From Paracoccaceae bacterium (GTDB lineage Bacteria > Pseudomonadota > Alphaproteobacteria > Rhodobacterales > Rhodobacteraceae): a stretch of DNA of 64,000 nt. Under the pieces are notes generated by a model. It had not been told where the DNA came from and did no database searches. It was given only the letters and a program-made list of their open reading frames with translations. The stretch covers positions 70,364-134,363 of the forward strand of contig REER01000073.1 in NCBI GenBank assembly GCA_007694945.1, given 5' to 3'. Positions within the stretch are counted from its first letter, which is position 1. The number at the start of each line of letters is the position of its first letter. This document shows positions 9,258-20,838 of the stretch, one piece after another. The position numbers and the translations under genes were made by a program.

Positions 9258-9551
9258 ATGCAGCAGGATCGCGCAGAAGAGATCGCGGCGCGGGCATTGG
9301 ATTGGCTCTGCGCGCAAGAGGATTTGTTGCCTATCTTCCTTGCAGCGACCGGTGCAACCGCGCAGGATCTGCGCGCAGCGCTGGGTAGGCCTGGCGGGCC
9401 AGATGCGGCGCTACTGCTTGCAGTGCTCGATTTTATCATGATGCAGGACCGGACCGTGATCGACTGTGCCCGGGCGCTAGATCTCGCCTGCGAGCAGGTC
9501 GCGCAGGCGCAGGCCATGCTGTCCGGGCAGGGGCAGATGCACTGGACTTGA
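9258..9551 (+). CDS. DUF3572 family protein
   Basis: This 97-aa ORF (MQQDRAEEIAARALDWLCAQEDLLPIFL...) is divergent from pleD, an arrangement I recall as conserved in Rhodobacterales. Confidence 0.6.
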   Translation: MQQDRAEEIAARALDWLCAQEDLLPIFLAATGATAQDLRAALGRPGGPDAALLLAVLDFIMMQDRTVIDCARALDLACEQVAQAQAMLSGQGQMHWT

Positions 9552-9636
9552 TGACGCCAGACCTGACGGCCCTTGACTTCCCGCGTCCCAGATTGTGTAT
9601 CGCGCAAAGCCTGAAACCAGCCAGAGGGGCCCTCTC

Positions 9637-11523
9637 ATGCACGTCTATCGCAGCCATACCTGCGCCGATCTCCGACTTGCGGATGTGGGGCAGAATGTGC
9701 GCCTCTCGGGTTGGGTGCATCGCATTCGCGACCATGGTGGCGTGCTGTTCATCGACCTGCGCGACCATTACGGCATGACGCAGGTGCTGGCCGATAGTGA
9801 TTCTGCCGCGTTTTCGGACATCGAAAAGCTGCGTGCCGAGTTCTGCATTCGCATCGAGGGCGAGGTGAAGGCGCGGGACGCGAGCCTCGTGAACCCGAAA
9901 TTGCCAACGGGCGAAATCGAGGTCTATGTGCGGTCGATGGATGTGTTGGGCGCGGCCGATGAGTTGCCGCTGCCGGTGTTTGGCGAGCCCGACTACCCAG
10001 AGGAAACGCGCCTCACCTATCGCTTTCTCGACTTGCGCCGCGAGGGGCTGCATGACAACATGATGCTGCGCTCGAATGTGGTGCGGTCGATGCGGCAGCG
10101 GATGTGGGAGACGGGCTTCACCGAGTTCCAGACGCCGATAATCACTGCCTCTTCCCCCGAGGGCGCGCGGGATTTTCTGGTGCCTTCGCGGCTGCATCCG
10201 GGCAAGTTCTACGCGCTGCCGCAGGCGCCGCAGCAGTTCAAACAATTGATCATGGTCTCGGGCTTCGACAAGTATTTCCAGATCGCGCCGTGTTTCCGCG
10301 ACGAGGACCCGCGCGCCGACCGCTCGCCCACCGATTTCTATCAGCTCGATGTCGAGATGAGCTTCGTCGAGCAGCAGGATGTGTTCGACGCCGTGGCACC
10401 GGTGATTGCGGGCGTGTTCGAGGAATTCGGCGATGGGCGCAAGGTCGATGCACACGAAAGCTGGCCGCAAATCCCCTTTGCCGAGGCGATGCTGAAATAC
10501 GGCACCGACAAGCCCGACCTGCGCAACCCGATCGAGATGCAGGTGGTTTCCGAACATTTCCGCGGCTCTCGCTTTGCGATCTTTGCGAAACTTCTGGAGA
10601 ATGAAGGCACTGAGATCCGCGCCATTCCCGCGCCGGGCGGCGGGTCACGCAAGTTCTGCGACCGGATGAACGCTTTTGCGCAGGCGCAGGGGTTGCCGGG
10701 GATGGGGTATATTTTCTGGAAAGAAGAGGATACCCCATTTGACTCGCTCTCAGACGAACACCAAGCCGAGTATATTCGTGTCGCGGAAGATCAGGGCATT
10801 TCAGTGAATCCTGCTGGGACGGTTTCTGGAGCGAAGAAAGTTCTTGTTGGAAAGGGTCCGCTGGCCAAAAACATCGGCCCCGAACGGACCGAGGCGATCC
10901 GCCAGCAGTTGAACCTGGGCGAAGGCGACGCGGCCTTCTTCCTTGGCGGCAAGCCTGCGCAATTCGAGGGCGTGGCTGCGAAAGCGCGTGACCAGATTGG
11001 CCGCGAGTTGAAGCTGGTCGATGAAAACCGCTTTGCCTTTGCGTGGATCGTGGATTTCCCGATGTATGAGGCCGACCCCGAGACTGGAAAGATCGACTTC
11101 TCGCATAACCCGTTTTCCATGCCGCAAGGCGGCGTCGAGGCGCTTTCAGGCGATCCTTTTGAGGTCAAAGGCTACCAGTATGACCTGTCGTGCAACGGAT
11201 ATGAAATTCTCTCAGGCGCGATTCGCAACCACAAGCCCGAGATCATGTATCGCGCCTTCGAGATTGCGGGCTATCCGAATTCGGAAGTGGACAAGCGGTT
11301 CGGCGGCATGGTCAAGGCCTTCAAGTTCGGTGCACCGCCCCATGGTGGCTGCGCGGCTGGAATCGACCGGATCGTGATGCTCTTGGCGGATGAGGCCAAT
11401 ATCCGGCAGGTGATCATGTTCCCCATGACCCAGCGCGCCGAGGACCTGCTACTGAGCGCGCCTTCGGATCCGACGAATGTGCAGTTGCGCGAACTCGGGC
11501 TGCGGATTGCCCCGAAGGAGTGA
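9637..11523 (+). CDS. aspS: Aspartate--tRNA ligase (carries an atypical internal insertion)
   Basis: Track ORF 9595..11523, trimmed to [13 protein letters not shown]. Class II motifs are present ([36 protein letters not shown]). Confidence 0.95.
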   Translation: MHVYRSHTCADLRLADVGQNVRLSGWVHRIRDHGGVLFIDLRDHYGMTQVLADSDSAAFSDIEKLRAEFCIRIEGEVKARDASLVNPKLPTGEIEVYVRSMDVLGAADELPLPVFGEPDYPEETRLTYRFLDLRREGLHDNMMLRSNVVRSMRQRMWETGFTEFQTPIITASSPEGARDFLVPSRLHPGKFYALPQAPQQFKQLIMVSGFDKYFQIAPCFRDEDPRADRSPTDFYQLDVEMSFVEQQDVFDAVAPVIAGVFEEFGDGRKVDAHESWPQIPFAEAMLKYGTDKPDLRNPIEMQVVSEHFRGSRFAIFAKLLENEGTEIRAIPAPGGGSRKFCDRMNAFAQAQGLPGMGYIFWKEEDTPFDSLSDEHQAEYIRVAEDQGISVNPAGTVSGAKKVLVGKGPLAKNIGPERTEAIRQQLNLGEGDAAFFLGGKPAQFEGVAAKARDQIGRELKLVDENRFAFAWIVDFPMYEADPETGKIDFSHNPFSMPQGGVEALSGDPFEVKGYQYDLSCNGYEILSGAIRNHKPEIMYRAFEIAGYPNSEVDKRFGGMVKAFKFGAPPHGGCAAGIDRIVMLLADEANIRQVIMFPMTQRAEDLLLSAPSDPTNVQLRELGLRIAPKE

Positions 11524-11586
11524 CCTGCCCCGTCGGGCTTGCAATTGAATGCGACAACGCCTTCACAGCTTCTGCCCTGTCACCGC

Positions 11587-12285
11587 TCAGATCAGTGGTT
11601 GGTCATGCAGCTTTTCACGCAGGCGCATGACCAGCGGTGCGATGCACCCCTCTGTGCGCGCCCGATGCACCGATTCCGCCAAGCCGTGATCCGTGAGGCT
11701 GCAGGCCAGTGCTTCGATGAATTGCAGCGCGTAGTCGCGTCTGCTTCCTCGACGCTCCCCCGAGAGCAGGTCGAGCGCAAGATAGAGATCATCGCGCAGG
11801 GCGCTTGCGTCGGGGCGGGTAGCCTCCTCACGGCAGTGGGCATGGCGGAACGGGAAGAAAACAGGTGCGAGCTGGGCACGGAAATGCGCCACACTGGCGA
11901 AAGGCTTGGCAAGAAAACGGTCTGCGCCAGCCTTGCGCGCGGCGCTTTCGATTTCCGGCTGGCCCGAAATGGCGATGATGAGAGGCACGCGTGGGCGTTT
12001 GCTGTCGATCTGGGCAATCAGGTCGAGCCCCGATCCATCGGGCAGACCAAGGTCGACCAGCACGGCGTCGGGCGTGTATAGGGAAAGATGCCGCCGGGCC
12101 GAGGTCAGCGTCTCGGCGCGACGTAGCCGCCCGCCCGAGCCACGGAACATCTGTCGGATCGCTTCACAACTGAGCCGCGAATCCTCGACCAGTAACAGGG
12201 TGCCCCCGCGCAGCATCGGCTGGCAAAGCGGATCGACCATCGGGCGCGACAGGGTGCAGGACGCGGGTGCGTGGCCAGTGTTCAT
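11587..12285 (-). CDS. Response regulator with a receiver domain and an uncharacterised C-terminal region
   Basis: The REC signature reads LLLVEDSRL...VLVDLGLPDGSG...LAKPF. The start is set at MNTGHAPA; 12312 is an alternative. Confidence 0.7.
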   Translation of the reverse strand: MNTGHAPASCTLSRPMVDPLCQPMLRGGTLLLVEDSRLSCEAIRQMFRGSGGRLRRAETLTSARRHLSLYTPDAVLVDLGLPDGSGLDLIAQIDSKRPRVPLIIAISGQPEIESAARKAGADRFLAKPFASVAHFRAQLAPVFFPFRHAHCREEATRPDASALRDDLYLALDLLSGERRGSRRDYALQFIEALACSLTDHGLAESVHRARTEGCIAPLVMRLREKLHDQPLI

Positions 12286-12442
12286 TGGGTCCTCCAGAGC
12301 AGCTGAGGCCAATTCAAACGGAAATTGACTAAGAAGCCCTTAAGCTGTTCCACTTCTGTTTCCGCCCTCCAGAGGCCTCGGATTAAAGTATCTATGGCAA
12401 GATGAAACGCGTGGGTGCGTTGGCTCCATATGCCGCCTCTGA

Positions 12443-14539
<2,097 letters not shown>

Positions 14540-14584
14540 GGGGCGCGGGGCACCGCGACGGTTGAGAGGTCAATACCAGCGGTC

Positions 14585-14734
14585 CTAGCCCTTGAACGGG
14601 TTGACATGCTCTCTGCTGGTGATGGGCCGGACGACGTCGATGTTGTTGGTGAAGGAGGCCCAGGCGTCGCAGCACGGGACAACCATTTCGTGATCGGCCT
14701 TGCTGGCGACAGGAGCGAGACCGTTCGCGCGGAG
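14585..14734 (-). pseudogene. C-terminal relic of an IS630-family (Tc1/mariner-like) transposase
   Basis: The minus-frame translation between two stops is LRANGLAPVASKADHEMVVPCCDAWASFTNNIDVVRPITSREHVNPFKG. The spacing of LR.N.L ... CC.AW ... R.I.S.R matches IS630 transposase C-termini as I remember them. There is no upstream catalytic domain and no start codon. Confidence 0.45.
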
Positions 14735-14942
14735 CTAGGCACACCCGCGGCGCGGCTTTCGCCTTGAAGCTCAAAAGCGGAAAACTATATCTGTTCAACT
14801 GCAAGCGCTATGAAGCCATCCCTGTTTCGGCTAACTGTCTGGTGATATTCTGACACATCCCGGGGCTGACGAGACCGGGTTTGCCGGTCTTGACAATGCG
14901 CCGATATCTTCCAACCTTGGCAACAGGGCCTATCTTTATATC

Positions 14943-15665
14943 ATGAAGCAGGTACTCCCGATCCTCGCCCTCATCGCCACGCTGGCCTTCGTCGTCTCGC
15001 CGCTGGTAACGGACCCATTCTCAGGCTTTGACGCCGACAGTTTCCCGATTGCGCAGGTGGACCCTCCCGTTCAGCCGGCAGGCTACGCTTTCGGCATCTG
15101 GAGCGTGATCTATATCTGGCTGGTCATCAGTGCGGTTTTCGCAGTCTATGCGCGGCGCGGCGAAGGCGACTGGGCGCGGATGCAGGTTCCGCTGATCCTG
15201 AGCCTCGGCCCGGGAGCGGCATGGCTCTGGGTGGCGGGAGAGAGCCCCGAATGGGCGGCAGTGCTGATCTTCTGGATGCTGGGAACAGCGATATGGGCGC
15301 TTCTGGCAGCGCCTGCGCGCGATCGCTGGCTGGCGCAGGCGCCGGTTGCGATCTACGCTGGCTGGCTGACGGCTGCGGCGCATGTCTCGCTGGGCATTCT
15401 ACTGGGGGGCTACGGGATCACCTCGCCCGACATGGCCGCCGTGATCGCATTGGGCTTGGCCGTGGCACTGGGGCTGGGTGTGTTCCTGAGGCATCCGCAG
15501 GCACCAGAATACGCGATGACGCTGGTCTGGGCGCTGGTGGGCGTGCTGGTCGCCAATCTGGGTGGCAGTAGCCTCGTGCAGGGGGCAGTCCTGGTGGCGC
15601 TGGTCGTAGTGCTGAGCACGCTGATCCATCTGTTCAGGACTGGACAGGCCGCCCAACCCCTGTAA
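14943..15665 (+). CDS. Polytopic membrane protein, possibly TspO/MBR-related
   Basis: The 240-aa product is Trp-rich and hydrophobic (GYAFGIWSVIYIWLVISAVFAVY, AAWLWVAGESPEWAAVLIFWMLG). The family assignment is tentative. Confidence 0.5.
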   Translation: MKQVLPILALIATLAFVVSPLVTDPFSGFDADSFPIAQVDPPVQPAGYAFGIWSVIYIWLVISAVFAVYARRGEGDWARMQVPLILSLGPGAAWLWVAGESPEWAAVLIFWMLGTAIWALLAAPARDRWLAQAPVAIYAGWLTAAAHVSLGILLGGYGITSPDMAAVIALGLAVALGLGVFLRHPQAPEYAMTLVWALVGVLVANLGGSSLVQGAVLVALVVVLSTLIHLFRTGQAAQPL

Positions 15666-15698
15666 CAACGGCACCATTGCCACGAAGGAACCCTGTTC

Positions 15699-16526
15699 GT
15701 GTCCCATGATCCGCTGATATTTGCTCCTGTCGGCTCCATGGCGCGATTGCGCGCCATCATGCGCGCGCTGCGCGACCCCGAGACCGGCTGCCCCTGGGAT
15801 GTCGAGCAAGACTTCGCCTCGATCGCGCCCTATACGATCGAAGAGGCTTATGAGGTGGCCGATGCAGTCGAACAAGAGGATTGGCCAGCGCTGAAGGGCG
15901 AGTTGGGCGATCTGTTGTTGCAGGTCGTCTATCACGGGCAGATTGCCGAAGAGACCGGGCATTTCACGCTGGACGAGGTGGCGCAGGCGATCTGTGACAA
16001 GATGGTGGCGCGGCATCCGCATGTTTTCGGTGATGAACGTGGCGACAAGAGTGCCGAGGATCAGGTGCGCGACTGGGAGGACGTGAAAGCTGCCGAACGC
16101 GCTGCACGGGCGCAGGGGGGCGTGCTGGATGACATTGCGCTCGGCCTGCCAGCGCTGATGCGGGCGGTGAAGCTGCAGAAGCGGGCCGCGCGAGTGGGGT
16201 TCGACTGGCCCGAGACGGCGCAGGTGCTCGACAAGATGCTGGAAGAGGCGCGCGAGCTGGTGGCGGCTCGGGACGGGCTGTCAGAGGCGGAAATTGCCGA
16301 GGAGTTCGGGGACCTCTTGTTCGTGATGGCCAATCTGGGGCGGCATCTGGGGGTCGATCCCGAGGCTGCGCTGCGCGCGGCCAACGCCAAGTTCACCCGT
16401 CGATTCCGTTCCATCGAAGCCGCGCTGGCAGCACAGGGACGGCGGCCAGAGGAGAGCGATCTCGCCGAGATGGATGCGTTCTGGGATGCTGCGAAACTGG
16501 CCGAGAAGCGCGATGCTGCCGAGTGA
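15699..16526 (+). CDS. mazG: Nucleoside triphosphate pyrophosphohydrolase MazG
   Basis: It has a GTG start and the motifs CPWDVEQDFASIAPYTIEEAYEVADAVE and EEFGDLLFVMANLGRHLGVDPE, forming tandem MazG domains. Confidence 0.85.
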   Translation: MSHDPLIFAPVGSMARLRAIMRALRDPETGCPWDVEQDFASIAPYTIEEAYEVADAVEQEDWPALKGELGDLLLQVVYHGQIAEETGHFTLDEVAQAICDKMVARHPHVFGDERGDKSAEDQVRDWEDVKAAERAARAQGGVLDDIALGLPALMRAVKLQKRAARVGFDWPETAQVLDKMLEEARELVAARDGLSEAEIAEEFGDLLFVMANLGRHLGVDPEAALRAANAKFTRRFRSIEAALAAQGRRPEESDLAEMDAFWDAAKLAEKRDAAE

Positions 16527-17148
16527 CCGGGTTCTGACCGAAGAGGGGCTTGCGCCACGGGGCGTGGGCTCGGTTCTGCTGTTGGCCTGCGGGGCGCTGG
16601 CCCGGGAGATCCTCGCGCTCAAAGCGGCCAATGGCTGGACGCACATGGATCTGCATTGCCTGCCTGCCGACCTGCACCTTTGGCCCGAGCGCATCCCCGA
16701 TGCCGTTGAGACCGCGGTCACGCGCTACCGAGACGCTTATGAAACGATCTTCGTGGTCTATGCCGATTGCGGCACGGGCGGGTTATTGCAGGCACGCTGC
16801 AAGGCGCTGGGTGTGGAGATGGTGCCGGGGCCGCATTGCTATGCCTTCTTCGACGGGGTGGAGGCCTTCGCTGCGCGGGCGGATCAGGAGTTGACGACGT
16901 TTTATCTGACGGATTTTCTGGTCCGGCAGTTCGACGCCTTTGTGTGGAAACCGATGGGGTTCGACCGGCATCCCGAATTGGTTCCGATGATGTTCGGCAA
17001 TTACACGCGGCTGATCTATCTGGCGCAGACGGATGATGCGGCGCTTGATGCCAAGGCGCGCGGCTGTGCCGCGCGTCTGGGGCTGGCCTATGAGCGGCGC
17101 GTCACGGGCTATGGGGATCTGGCGGGGGCGCTGGCGCGGCTGGGGTGA
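16513..17148 (+). CDS. DUF1638 domain protein
   Basis: Track ORF 16474..17148, trimmed to the ATG at 16513, which overlaps the mazG stop by 14 nt. It contains ...LLLACGALAREI...VYADCGTGG... Confidence 0.6.
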   Translation: MLPSDRVLTEEGLAPRGVGSVLLLACGALAREILALKAANGWTHMDLHCLPADLHLWPERIPDAVETAVTRYRDAYETIFVVYADCGTGGLLQARCKALGVEMVPGPHCYAFFDGVEAFAARADQELTTFYLTDFLVRQFDAFVWKPMGFDRHPELVPMMFGNYTRLIYLAQTDDAALDAKARGCAARLGLAYERRVTGYGDLAGALARLG

Positions 17149-17244
17149 AGCTGTTCAAGTGTGCTCTTGAGTATTGCCGGCAAGAAAATCTGAAATGAGA
17201 GAGTGTCACGCTGGCTGCGGGGCTCGCGCCCGGGAGTTTCACTC

Positions 17245-17475
17245 TCAACTGCGGCGAATGCGGAACGCGGTGGCGCCGTCTTCCTCTGCCATTCCGAGAA
17301 AGGCATGCCCGGATTCGGTGCAGAAATGCGGGATATCAACAATGGCGGCGGGGTCCGTGGCGCGGATGCGCAGCACTTCGCCCGGGGCCATGGATTGCAG
17401 CCGCTTGCGTGCCTTGAGGACGGGCAGCGGGCAGAGGAGGCCCATCGCGTCGAGTTCGTGATCGACGGTGCTCAT
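17245..17475 (-). CDS. TusA-like sulfurtransferase/sulfur carrier
   Basis: Track ORF 17245..17652, trimmed to MSTVDHELDAMGLLCPLPVLKARKRL. The CPxP active-site motif is present. Its ATG shares a base with the upstream stop (TAATG). Confidence 0.7.
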   Translation of the reverse strand: MSTVDHELDAMGLLCPLPVLKARKRLQSMAPGEVLRIRATDPAAIVDIPHFCTESGHAFLGMAEEDGATAFRIRRS

Positions 17476-17735
17476 TAACGAGGTTTGCGGTTGCGCCGGG
17501 AAGGCGTGGGGGTGAGGCCCTCGTGCAGAAGGGCGGTCATCGGATGATCGGGCGCGTTGGCCGCGTGAAGGGCAATGAGGGCTGCGAGCGCATCGGGTGT
17601 CGAGGCCTCGGTGGGCAGGCTGAGCGCCCAGTCGATCAGGATCGAACGGCATTCTGCGTCAGAGATGCCCTCGATGCGATAGGCTTCGCGGATCAGGCCC
17701 TTGGGATCGATGCTTTGGTCGGGCGTCAGGGTCAT
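17475..17735 (-). CDS. Hypothetical small protein
   Basis: Track ORF 17475..17789, trimmed to MTLTPDQSIDPKGLIREAYRIEG. It is joined by TAATG overlaps to glnE upstream and to the TusA-like gene downstream. Confidence 0.4.
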   Translation of the reverse strand: MTLTPDQSIDPKGLIREAYRIEGISDAECRSILIDWALSLPTEASTPDALAALIALHAANAPDHPMTALLHEGLTPTPSRRNRKPR

Positions 17736-20536
17736 TAGGTTTCGCTTTCTGCCGTGGTGCTTTGCTCCGAGAGCAGGGACACGATACATTTATCGGCCTT
17801 GGCACATGTGGTTTTCAATTCTTCTGCCAGTGCCTCGGGGTGGCTGGCCCCTGCGGCGGACAAAATAAACTTCTGTCCGCCGGGTCCAAGATCGGCGATG
17901 TCGGAAATGCGGTCGGCGAGCAGGCGGCCCGTGGCCTGCATGGTCCAGCAAAGTCGATAGGCGGTCGTGAGGCAGGTCTCGGTCTCGGGCGTGATCAGAC
18001 CTGCGTGGCGGCCTGCGCGCAATTGTGCCTCGACGCGGTGCGCCGGGTGGCCTGCCCCCAGCGCGCAGAACTGTGCAGCAAGTTCGATATCCATCAGCCT
18101 GCCTGGGCCTGCTTTCGCGTCCCAGAGACCATGGGCGGGTTTTGCTTTGGCCAGCCGTGCGCGCATGTCAGCCACGTCCTGTCGAATGGTTTGTCCGCTT
18201 GATTTCTCAGCCAGAAGCGTGCGGCGGAAGCTTTCGATGCGGTCGCCGAGTTCGGTTGAGCCCGCGACACGGCGCGCGCGGGTGAGCGCCAAGTGCTCCC
18301 AGGTCCAAGCCTCGTTTTGCTGATACTGCTTGAAGGACGCCAAGCTGGTCGCGACAGGCCCCTGCCGTCCCGATGGGCGCAGGCGCATGTCGACCTCATA
18401 GAGGCGACCCTCGGCCGTGGGGGCGCTCATCGCCGTAAGGAAAGCCTTGGTCAGGCGTGCGTAATAGCTGCGGGCATTGAGCGGGCGAGGGCCGTCGGAA
18501 GTGGTCTCGCTCTCGGCATCGTAGATGATGATCAGGTCGAGATCGGAGGCGGCGTTGAGCCGCTGCGCGCCGAGCGAACCCATGCCGAGCACGGCTGCGC
18601 CATCGCCCGGGATGCGGCCATGCTTGCGGGCGAATTCGGCTTTCACGACGGGCCAGAGCGCGCCGAGCGTAGCTTCGGCCAGCGCGGCATATTGGTGCCC
18701 AGCCTCGAAGGCGTCGATCAGGCCGCGTAGATGGTGCACGCCGATACGGAAATGCCATTCGCGCGCCCAGACGCGCGCCATATCCAACTGACGTTCGTAG
18801 TCATCGAGTTCTGCCAGCCGGTCGGCGAGCGATTTCTGAAGCGTGCTGGTCTCTGGCCAGGGTGAGAAGAAGCTGCCTCCAATAACGGCATCGAAGACTG
18901 CGGCGTTGCGTGACAGATAGGCCGCGAGGCGTGGCGCTGTTGCGCAGATATCAACAATCAGCTCAATCAGCGAAGGATTGGCCTCAAAAAGCGAAAAGAG
19001 TTGAACGCCAGCGGGAAGTCCTCCGAGGAAGCGGTCGAACTGGACAAGTGCCGCCTCGGGATCGGCGGCGTCCTGTAGCTTGCTCAGCAGCCTTGGACGG
19101 ACGCGTTTGAAGATTTCCTTCGCGCGGCTGGAGCGGAGGGCTGCGTAGCGGGGCCAGCTTTCGACCAGCGTCTGCGCAGCCTCGGAAAGGTCGGGCTCGG
19201 CTGTGTCGGGTGTTTCGGGGGCGAAGAAGCCTTCGGCGAGATAGGCGACCTCTTCGAGCCGGGTCTTGAGCGAGGTTCGGAAGCGCGCAGTGTCGGCCTC
19301 GCCTGTAAAGCGGGCAATGCGGTCGAACCCCTCTTGCGTGGTAGGCAGTTTCTGGGTCTGGGCGTCCTGCACCATCTGGAGGCGGTGTTCGATTTCGCGA
19401 TGCTGAAGGTAATGGGTCGTCAGCTTGTCGGCTACGTCTTGCGGAATCCAGCCTTTGCTCGCCAGTGCAGCCAGCCCATCGACTGTGCGCGGACTGCGCA
19501 ATTCGGGGTCGCGGCCACCGGCGATCAACTGCCGGGTCTGGGTAAAGAACTCGATCTCGCGGATACCGCCCTGACCTAGCTTGATGTCATGCCCCTCGAG
19601 GGAAAGTGCGCCACCAAGGCCCTTATGCGCCTTGATCTTGAGGCGCATGTCATGGGCGTCTTGAATGGCAGCATAGTCCAGGTGACGGCGCCAGACGAAG
19701 GGGCGTAGGGTTTCGAGAAAGCGCTCGCCGGCGGCATAGTCACCGGCACAGGGGCGGGCCTTGATGTAGGCCGCGCGCTCCCATGTGCGTCCAAGGCTTT
19801 CATAATAACGCTCGGCAGCCTCCATCGACATGCAGACGGGGGTCACCGATGGATCGGGGCGCAGGCGCAGGTCGGTGCGGAAGACATAGCCTTCGGCAGT
19901 ATGGTCCGACAGCAGCCCGTAGAGTTTGCGCGTGACGCGGATGAAGGCAGCGCGGGCGTCGTGATAGTCGTCAGGTGTAAAGCGAGTTTCGTCAAAGAGG
20001 CATATCAGGTCGATATCGGAGGAATAATTCAACTCGCGCGCGCCCATCTTGCCCATGGCTAGGATTACCATGCCTGCGCCGGTGGCGGCGTCAGCGGTGC
20101 TCATCCCAGGCAGCTTACCGCGGCGGATTTCCTCGGCCAGCAGGGCGCGCAGGCTGACCTGACAGGCTTGGTCAGCCAGATCGGTCAGGGTGGCCGTCAC
20201 TTGATCTAGTGACCATACCCCGCCCAAATCGGCAAGCGCGGCAAGCAACGCGACGCGGCGCTTGGTCTGACGCAGCCGGGACGAGAGATCGGCCAGCGGC
20301 ACGACATTCAGCGCAGTAAGCTCTGGTCGCAGGCTCTCCTCGGGGGCGAGGGTCAGGGCTTCCTCCAGCCAGTCGCGTTCGCGGCTCATGAGCGTGGCAA
20401 GGTAGGGACTGCACCCGGCGGTGCCTGCAATCAAATCCGAAAGTTCTGCGGGAAGGTCGGGAAAGAGCGCGCGGGCCGAGGCCCCGGATTCGGGGTCATG
20501 GGGCAGGGGAAAGCGGGTCACTGGGCCGAATGTCAT
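17735..20536 (-). CDS. glnE: Bifunctional glutamine synthetase adenylyltransferase/adenylyl-removing enzyme
   Basis: The 933-aa product has two nucleotidyltransferase modules (GKMGARELNYSSDIDLI and GMGSLGAQRLNAASDLDLI). Confidence 0.9.
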   Translation of the reverse strand: MTFGPVTRFPLPHDPESGASARALFPDLPAELSDLIAGTAGCSPYLATLMSRERDWLEEALTLAPEESLRPELTALNVVPLADLSSRLRQTKRRVALLAALADLGGVWSLDQVTATLTDLADQACQVSLRALLAEEIRRGKLPGMSTADAATGAGMVILAMGKMGARELNYSSDIDLICLFDETRFTPDDYHDARAAFIRVTRKLYGLLSDHTAEGYVFRTDLRLRPDPSVTPVCMSMEAAERYYESLGRTWERAAYIKARPCAGDYAAGERFLETLRPFVWRRHLDYAAIQDAHDMRLKIKAHKGLGGALSLEGHDIKLGQGGIREIEFFTQTRQLIAGGRDPELRSPRTVDGLAALASKGWIPQDVADKLTTHYLQHREIEHRLQMVQDAQTQKLPTTQEGFDRIARFTGEADTARFRTSLKTRLEEVAYLAEGFFAPETPDTAEPDLSEAAQTLVESWPRYAALRSSRAKEIFKRVRPRLLSKLQDAADPEAALVQFDRFLGGLPAGVQLFSLFEANPSLIELIVDICATAPRLAAYLSRNAAVFDAVIGGSFFSPWPETSTLQKSLADRLAELDDYERQLDMARVWAREWHFRIGVHHLRGLIDAFEAGHQYAALAEATLGALWPVVKAEFARKHGRIPGDGAAVLGMGSLGAQRLNAASDLDLIIIYDAESETTSDGPRPLNARSYYARLTKAFLTAMSAPTAEGRLYEVDMRLRPSGRQGPVATSLASFKQYQQNEAWTWEHLALTRARRVAGSTELGDRIESFRRTLLAEKSSGQTIRQDVADMRARLAKAKPAHGLWDAKAGPGRLMDIELAAQFCALGAGHPAHRVEAQLRAGRHAGLITPETETCLTTAYRLCWTMQATGRLLADRISDIADLGPGGQKFILSAAGASHPEALAEELKTTCAKADKCIVSLLSEQSTTAESET

Positions 20537-20679
20537 GAAAAAAACATGCCTCGGTGCCGGAGCGAGGTCAATCGGCCAAGATCCTTCAAAGACAGTGAAA
20601 TTGGCATTCGGCTTGCAGGCGATATGGCGTGTCTGGTTCGCGTTAGCGCCACCGTTGCGCAGATTTTTCTTGCAAAAAT

Positions 20680-20698
20680 TGGTAAGTTTATTTTACCA
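20680..20698. promoter_or_regulatory. Candidate operator palindrome upstream of the TRAP operon
   Basis: TGGTAA-N7-TTACCA lies in an A+T-rich patch about 140 nt upstream of the binding-protein ATG. It resembles the GT...AC half-site pattern of GntR-type operators. No regulator gene is adjacent. Confidence 0.25.
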
Positions 20699-20838
20699 CA
20701 CAGGCAGAGGGAGGAGCGTTGCGTCGGATCGGAGGCCGACTGCGCAAGAATGTTTCGTGACAGTCGCGCTTTACCCTTGACGAATGCCACCTTTGGCGGG
20801 TGGATACATGGACTGCTGTCCAACAACCGGAGGAACAA

